Shown here: positions 58,649-64,000 of the stretch, piece after piece | Numbering within the stretch: the stretch's first letter is position 1 | Layout of the letters: the number at the start of each line of letters is the position of its first letter | From: an uncultured Myxococcales bacterium | Lineage (GTDB): Bacteria; Myxococcota; UBA4151 | DNA: 64,000 bases | Assembly (NCBI GenBank): GCA_964013405.1 | Contig: CAXGWI010000005.1 | Location: forward strand, 10,792 to 74,791 | Reading direction: 5' to 3' | Translations under genes and position numbers: made by a program | The notes under the pieces: model-generated | What the model was told of the DNA's origin: nothing | The model's database searches: none | What the model saw: the letters and a program-made list of their open reading frames with translations, nothing else

Positions 58649-59925
58649 CAGTCCATCCCGCTGTTTAGGTCGCCAAAGTCCACCACCAAAGCTTTACGCT
58701 CGAAGGCTTCCGCTTCGAACAGGTCGGTTCGATGAATTCCCGCCACGCCAACAAAAAACTTATCTGGGATGACCTCCGACAGGGTGTTTGCGTGGGTCGC
58801 TATTTCATTAAAATAGTCCCTCGCAAGGGCGATGCGGTCCTCTGTGTCGATGAGGGTTCTTTGCAGCGTGAGAAAGGCTTCGCTTTGTTGCAGGGAGGGG
58901 TATTTCTCGCTGACCGCGAGAAGTTGACCCCCGACGGCCTGAGCCGGAGCATCCGGGGCGGTTTGCGTGCGGATTTGGGCAAGGGTCTCGTGGAGCTTGG
59001 TCTCGGCTTCCGCCGCTTGCTTGGCCACATCCACGAGGTTGGGGATGAGATCGAAGCGGCGCTTGAGTTGGACATCGATATTTTTTCGGCCCTGATCGAC
59101 CCGGTTTCTCACTTGAACCAAATCGTCGTAGATTCGCCAGGCCCACAAAGAAAAGAGAATGAAAACGTTGATGAACCCGGTCAGCCACGGGAACCAGACC
59201 GCATGGAAGTAGCTGGGCGTGCTGTCGATCCAGGTCATGAGCGGCAACAGGCCAATGGCCAGGACCCCTAAGATCGCCCCCTGCCAAAAGGCCCCTCGAG
59301 CCACCTGTTCTTCGCTTTGCACGGTGATGATGTAGCGGTGCCCGGCTTCGTTGTCGGCGGCGATTTCGGGGGCCACAACATCCTCCCGCAGGCGGGCCTG
59401 ACCCAGGAGATAGAGATCATCACCGTCTCGGATGGTGTGCTCCCGAAATCGGCGCTCACCGGTGCTGTGGGCGATGCTGCCCGACGGCCCCTTGGCATAA
59501 TAGAAGTCATCGCTGCGCCGGCAGGTATAGCTAAAGGTCAGGTGCTGGGTGAGCTCAGCGCCTTCTGGATCGACCCGTAAGGCGCCGGTGTCGTCTTGGA
59601 GGAAGAAGGGTGGGATGAGCCCCCCGCTCGCCACGGTTTTCCAGCCCGATGAGGATCTGGTCTTTCCATCTGAATCGACCTCCGTCTTTTGCCAATGTTC
59701 CTCAACGCTCCATAGGCTGCACAGCGCCTCCGCCTCTTCAAGATGGGTGGTATGGCTGATGCCCCGGGCCTGACCCTTTAACTCGACCAGGCCGATGAAG
59801 ACGCCCTGGACTTTGGAGGTGGGGAGCGCAGCCATCAAGCGGCGCAGGCGAAAGGCCCGGGAGGCGAACTTGTGACAGATGAGAATGATGATGCTTGGGA
59901 TCACCAGCCAGAGCCACTCGGTCAT
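58648..59925 (-). CDS. GIDE-domain/LemA-family fusion membrane protein
   Basis: LPTSKV...GLVELKG, PFFLQDDTGALRVDPEGA, LYLLGQA (GIDE-like); after two TM segments, NIDVQLKRRFDLIPNLV, EKYPSL, TEDRIALARDYFNE (LemA). Confidence 0.85.
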   Translation of the reverse strand: MTEWLWLVIPSIIILICHKFASRAFRLRRLMAALPTSKVQGVFIGLVELKGQARGISHTTHLEEAEALCSLWSVEEHWQKTEVDSDGKTRSSSGWKTVASGGLIPPFFLQDDTGALRVDPEGAELTQHLTFSYTCRRSDDFYYAKGPSGSIAHSTGERRFREHTIRDGDDLYLLGQARLREDVVAPEIAADNEAGHRYIITVQSEEQVARGAFWQGAILGVLAIGLLPLMTWIDSTPSYFHAVWFPWLTGFINVFILFSLWAWRIYDDLVQVRNRVDQGRKNIDVQLKRRFDLIPNLVDVAKQAAEAETKLHETLAQIRTQTAPDAPAQAVGGQLLAVSEKYPSLQQSEAFLTLQRTLIDTEDRIALARDYFNEIATHANTLSEVIPDKFFVGVAGIHRTDLFEAEAFERKALVVDFGDLNSGMD

Positions 59926-60491
59926 GGTGCAGTCTCCTCCGCCTCGATGGGCTCCAAGCTTCCGATACAGGCCCAAATGGGAAGAACCCAGGGCAGGGCG
60001 AGTCCTTGGACCAGTGCCTGCGCATCCTGCCCAAAAATCCCAAGGGTGGCGATGAGCCCCCCGCCCAAGGCCCCGCCGGCATAGGCAGCAACTCGACGGT
60101 CCATATCACAGCGATAACCGGCCTCGCCAGCCACATAGCCCGGGGCAAAGATGAAGCCGGCCCCGGCCCCGATGATGGTTCCTGACAAGGGCAGAAGCCA
60201 ATCGGAAGTGCAGCCCTCAGGGGATGAGCAACTCGATTGGGCCCGTCGTTGACCCAGTTGGAAGCCAACGTAGCCCCCAAGGCCACCAAGGAGGCCCCCC
60301 AGCAATAAGCTACGACCAAAGATCCTTTGCTCCACAGCTCTTGTGACGCCGGGCGTCGTGGGGAGGGCTTCGCGCCCAGCAAGTGCTGGCGCCATTGGAT
60401 CCGTCTCGCTCGACTGGGCCTTCGTCGCAGCCCGGGGGGCGCTTTGAGGCGTTGCGCTGAACAGGAGCAATGCGACTAGAGTTTGATGCAT
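59922..60491 (-). CDS. Hypothetical glycine-zipper membrane/secreted protein
   Basis: Signal-like N-terminus, LLLGGLLGGLGGYVG, GYRC....R, WAC. Overlaps both neighbours. Confidence 0.65.
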   Translation of the reverse strand: MHQTLVALLLFSATPQSAPRAATKAQSSETDPMAPALAGREALPTTPGVTRAVEQRIFGRSLLLGGLLGGLGGYVGFQLGQRRAQSSCSSPEGCTSDWLLPLSGTIIGAGAGFIFAPGYVAGEAGYRCDMDRRVAAYAGGALGGGLIATLGIFGQDAQALVQGLALPWVLPIWACIGSLEPIEAEETAP

Positions 60492-61945
60492 ATATTTTTG
60501 AGGTCGGTGTAGAAATCGATCGAATGCTTACCCCCTTCACGACCGATCCCGCTGGCGCCCGTGCCACCGAAGGGGGTCCTAAGGTCCCGAAGAAACCAAC
60601 TGTTGACCCACACCATGCCCACGTCGAGTTGGGCAGCCACCCGGTGGGCCCGGCTGAGGTCCTGGGTCCAAACGGCCGCACATAGGCCGTAGGGGCTGTC
60701 GTTGGCCATGGCGATCACTGCCGCTTCGTCGTCGAAAGGTTGCAGGTGTGCGACCGGGCCAAAGACTTCCTCGCGCACGCAACGAGCATTCTCGTCGAGT
60801 CCGGTCCAGAGCGTCGGTTCGACAAAGTGCCCCCCTTGGAACGGTGGCTCAAGGGTCGGTTCACCACCCCCTGTGATGACCTCGGCCCCCTCTTCTCTCG
60901 CCAAGCGGAAGTAGCCGAGGACCTTCTCTTTGTGCACCGCGCTGATGAGGGGCCCCATTTCGGTGGTTTCATCGTAGGGATCGCCGATACGAATCGCTTC
61001 AGCGCCCGCTTTGAGACGGGCGACAAAGGTATCGAAGATGCTCCGGTGAACGTAGACACGCTCGCTGCAGAGGCAGACCTGACCACAGTTGGAAAAGACC
61101 GAGCGCAGCGTGCCCTCGACGGCTTTGTCGAGATCGCAATCTGCGAAAACGATGGCCGCATTCTTACCACCGAGTTCGAAGGAGATTGGCTTGAGCCCCT
61201 CGGCCGCCGTCTTCATGATGGCTTTGCCGGTGGCCGACTCGCCCGTAAAGGTGATGGCCGCCACATCGGGGTGTTGGGTCAGGGCCTCGCCGGCACTTCC
61301 GGGGCCGAAGCCGTGGACAACATTGAAGACACCGGGGGGCAAGCCGACCTCTTGAAAGACTTCGGCGAGGAGCGTGGCGCTGGCCGGTGTCTCTTCGCTT
61401 GGTTTGACGACGACCGTGTTGCCGGCGGCCAGGGCCGGGCCCACCTTCCAGGTCATGAGCAGGAGGGGAAGGTTCCAGGGACAGATCACCCCGATCACCC
61501 CTAAGGGATGGCGCTGGGCATAGTTGAGGGCCCGACCGCCGTCGGGGGTGTCTGTCGCGTAACTCTCCGTACCAAGATTCCGGGCGAGGTCAGCGAAGAG
61601 TTGGAGATTAGCAGCCCCTCTTGGGATGTCGACCTTTGAGGCGAAAGAGACGGGTTTTCCCGTGTCATCCATCTCGTGTCCAAGAAACTGATCGAAGCGC
61701 TCCATGATGCGCTGACTGGCTTTCGCCAAGAGGTCGAGGCGGGCGTTCGTGGTCATGTTGCCCCACGGTCCTTCGAAAGCCCGTTTCGCAGCGGTGACCG
61801 CCCGGTGAACATCTGCCGCGCTGGCTTCAGAGACCGTTGCGACCAGTTTGCCCGTGGCCGGATTGATGTCGTCAAAGCGACGCGCTTCTACGCCCTCACA
61901 AAATGCGCCATCGATGAAGAGGGCATAATGACGGGCGGTGGTCAC
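60476..61945 (-). CDS. nbaE: 2-aminomuconate/2-hydroxymuconate-6-semialdehyde dehydrogenase
   Basis: DIPRGAAN, PWNLPLLLMTWKVGPAL, FELGGKN, NCGQVCLCSER, EEVFGPV, WFLRDLRTPFGG, NICIKL. GTGA overlap with kynA. Confidence 0.92.
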   Translation of the reverse strand: MTTARHYALFIDGAFCEGVEARRFDDINPATGKLVATVSEASAADVHRAVTAAKRAFEGPWGNMTTNARLDLLAKASQRIMERFDQFLGHEMDDTGKPVSFASKVDIPRGAANLQLFADLARNLGTESYATDTPDGGRALNYAQRHPLGVIGVICPWNLPLLLMTWKVGPALAAGNTVVVKPSEETPASATLLAEVFQEVGLPPGVFNVVHGFGPGSAGEALTQHPDVAAITFTGESATGKAIMKTAAEGLKPISFELGGKNAAIVFADCDLDKAVEGTLRSVFSNCGQVCLCSERVYVHRSIFDTFVARLKAGAEAIRIGDPYDETTEMGPLISAVHKEKVLGYFRLAREEGAEVITGGGEPTLEPPFQGGHFVEPTLWTGLDENARCVREEVFGPVAHLQPFDDEAAVIAMANDSPYGLCAAVWTQDLSRAHRVAAQLDVGMVWVNSWFLRDLRTPFGGTGASGIGREGGKHSIDFYTDLKNICIKL

Positions 61946-62850
61946 GAGTCGGGCTCGCTGGGGCGGGGGAGCTCTGAATCCGTACTACCTGAATAGCCCA
62001 TGGACCCGGGGCGCTCACTGAGGTCCGTGATGACATATTTCCGGGCCGACCAGATTTCGGGGAAGCACCTTTTTTTCAGGGTCGAGGTGAGGTAGTCCAC
62101 CCCCATGCTGCCACCGGTGCCGATGGTATGCCCGATGATCCGCTCCACCATGCTGACATGACGCCAGCGCCAGGAGATCAACTTCTGGTCGATATCCAAG
62201 AGGAGCTCGAGGAGCAGATAGACGTGATAGTTGTCCTCGGAGTTTCGGTAGATTGAACCGAAGACCCGAGCAAGATCATCAGAGGGGGCATGGGGCTTAC
62301 TGATATCCCGCTCGAGGATCTCTCGAGGGATGTCGAGTCCGAGACGGTCCAGACAAGCGAGAACGTGGTCATAGAGGGTGGGGGCATCCAGTGCCTCGTT
62401 GAGGGCTACGGTCGCGACGGGGTCATTGGAATGATAGCGAAGATAGCTCCTTCGCTTCAGGCCGAGTTGGAACTCAAAGACTCGGAACTGGGCCGACTGG
62501 AAACCTGAGGCTGGATTGAGGAGCGCACGGAAATGATTAAAGTCGTTGGGCGTCATCGTCTCTAGGATATCCACCTGCTTGATGAGAAGATCCTGGATTC
62601 GAATGACGCGCCGGCAGCTTTTGAAGACTGCGAGCAGATCATCATTCTTCAGAAAGTCTATAATCGCACTGACTTCATGGAGGATCTGCTTAAACCAAAG
62701 CTCATAGGCCTGGTGGATGATGATGAAGAGGGTCTCGTCGTGTTGGGGTGGGTCGCTCTGAAGGTTTTGGAGACCGATCAGTTCGTCGACCTTCAAGTAG
62801 TTGTTGTATGTGAGTTGGCCTTTTTCAGGCTCGATCAGTCCCTCGGTCAT
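61942..62850 (-). CDS. kynA: Tryptophan 2,3-dioxygenase
   Basis: YLKVDEL, HDETLFIIIHQAYELWFKQ, PASGFQSAQFR, WRWRHVSMVERIIG, GTGGS.G..YL. Confidence 0.96.
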   Translation of the reverse strand: MTEGLIEPEKGQLTYNNYLKVDELIGLQNLQSDPPQHDETLFIIIHQAYELWFKQILHEVSAIIDFLKNDDLLAVFKSCRRVIRIQDLLIKQVDILETMTPNDFNHFRALLNPASGFQSAQFRVFEFQLGLKRRSYLRYHSNDPVATVALNEALDAPTLYDHVLACLDRLGLDIPREILERDISKPHAPSDDLARVFGSIYRNSEDNYHVYLLLELLLDIDQKLISWRWRHVSMVERIIGHTIGTGGSMGVDYLTSTLKKRCFPEIWSARKYVITDLSERPGSMGYSGSTDSELPRPSEPDS

Positions 62851-64000
62851 CGATGTTCTCCGGCGCAGTGCTCATAGCCAAGACCTGGGAGGAGGACCAG
62901 TCCTGCCACGCACCGCCCCCAGGGCTTTCCAGCTCTAAGATACTGCCCGCTGCCAATGGGAGACTGATCTTGCCTGGCAAGGAGGTTTCGGAACCATCGG
63001 GAAGGATGAGGGTTTGTCGCCCTCGCCGCCCCGCTGGCCCCCCATGAAGGCCCCAGGGCTCAAGGTGTCGGCGCTCCCCACTCAAGCTGAGGACCACCGG
63101 CTCCAGAAAGCGCAGGACTCGAATCACGCCTCGGCCCCCATTTCCCGTACCGGCCGGGGCGACTTTGTAGGCTTCCACGCGGACCGGGAAGGACTGCTCC
63201 AAACGCTCAATAGGGGTGTTGAGGGTGTTGGTCATGTGGGTCTGAATCCCATCGGCGCCGGGGCCTGATGGGCCCGCACCGGCGCCGCAGGCCAAGGTTT
63301 CGTAGTGGACAAAGCTTCCATCGGGAGCACCGAAGAGGAGATTGCTCATACTGCCGCCGGATGCCGCTGGAATCTGCCTAGGAAGGGCCTGGGCTAAGGC
63401 TCCAAACAGGCTGTCGACGATCCGTTGGCTGGTCTCCACATTACCCGCTGAAACCGGGGCCGGTTCCGTGGGGTGTAAGATACTGCCCGGCCGGGTCAGA
63501 ATCCGGATCGGCCGAAGCATCCCGGCATTGGCCGGCATGGTCCCTTCGGCTAAGCAGCAAAAGACGTAGAGCACCGCGGATTCCGTGACCGCCCGGGCTG
63601 CGTTGATCGGGCTGCCGACTTGGTCTGGAGCGGTGCGGAAATCTACGACCGCCCGGCTGCCCTCGACCTCGATGCGCACCGGTATGGCCAAGGGACCACC
63701 GCCGAGGCCGTCGTCGTCGAGAAAGTCCTCAAAGCAGTAGATCCCGTCGGGAATCCCCTGAATACACCGGGCCATGCGGGCCTCTCCCAGATCGAGCAAA
63801 GCCCCACTGAGTTCATCGAATCGGTCGGTACCGAGGCCGTCGTGGAGTCGGAGCATTCCGGCTAAGCCTGCTGCATTTGCAGCCTGTTGGGCTTGGAGGT
63901 CGCCCCGTCGCTCCCAAGGGCTTCTCGAAGCCGTCGCCACCCGTTCGACACAGGCCGTATCGAAGCGAGTCGGGGGGAGCCGGAGCCCTTCGTCATCGAT
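62825..64000 (-). CDS. Hydantoinase B/5-oxoprolinase family protein; 5' end outside the window
   Basis: Frame open to the window edge (EGLRLPP), GDLQAQQAAN, AGNVETSQR, YETLACGAGA, THMTNTLNTPIE, SPGGG. Confidence 0.92.
   Translation of the reverse strand: MDDEGLRLPPTRFDTACVERVATASRSPWERRGDLQAQQAANAAGLAGMLRLHDGLGTDRFDELSGALLDLGEARMARCIQGIPDGIYCFEDFLDDDGLGGGPLAIPVRIEVEGSRAVVDFRTAPDQVGSPINAARAVTESAVLYVFCCLAEGTMPANAGMLRPIRILTRPGSILHPTEPAPVSAGNVETSQRIVDSLFGALAQALPRQIPAASGGSMSNLLFGAPDGSFVHYETLACGAGAGPSGPGADGIQTHMTNTLNTPIERLEQSFPVRVEAYKVAPAGTGNGGRGVIRVLRFLEPVVLSLSGERRHLEPWGLHGGPAGRRGRQTLILPDGSETSLPGKISLPLAAGSILELESPGGGAWQDWSSSQVLAMSTAPENIDDRGTDRA

Overview
GC-rich (roughly 60-70% by eye), densely coding bacterial chromosome segment. 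It most resembles Myxococcota/deltaproteobacterial DNA (inference from DUF4215 Myxo-disulfide repeats, a TonB-C-fused TonB-dependent receptor, sigma54 activators and about 10 Cys-rich or acidic lipoproteins). I found no rRNA, tRNA, CRISPR array, IS element or prophage. Left end: a sigma54 response regulator, a short family-A DNA polymerase lacking exonuclease domains, and a tightly packed clpA-like / DUF2520 / HExxH protein / MFS / TonB-dependent receptor / lipoprotein run. Middle: housekeeping and envelope genes, including a type-2 IleRS with unusual HNGH/KESKS motifs, fabH, acetoacetyl-CoA synthetase, cobB, trmH, ilvE, GH31 and an MBOAT+SGNH pair, plus several Cys-rich secreted proteins. Right end (minus strand): a nine-enzyme tryptophan-kynurenine-3-hydroxyanthranilate catabolic operon interrupted by a glycine-zipper / GIDE-LemA / glycine-zipper cassette. 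It is followed by an active soluble hybrid histidine kinase paired with a membrane-bound pseudokinase and a DUF4215-LamG lipoprotein. Best candidates for undescribed biology: the kinase/pseudokinase pair, the GlyZip-GIDE/LemA-GlyZip cassette, the HExxH-Zn-DUF2063-like protein with its exporter and receptor, the minimal PolA and the KESKS IleRS. All domain calls come from motif recognition by eye; no database searches were run.
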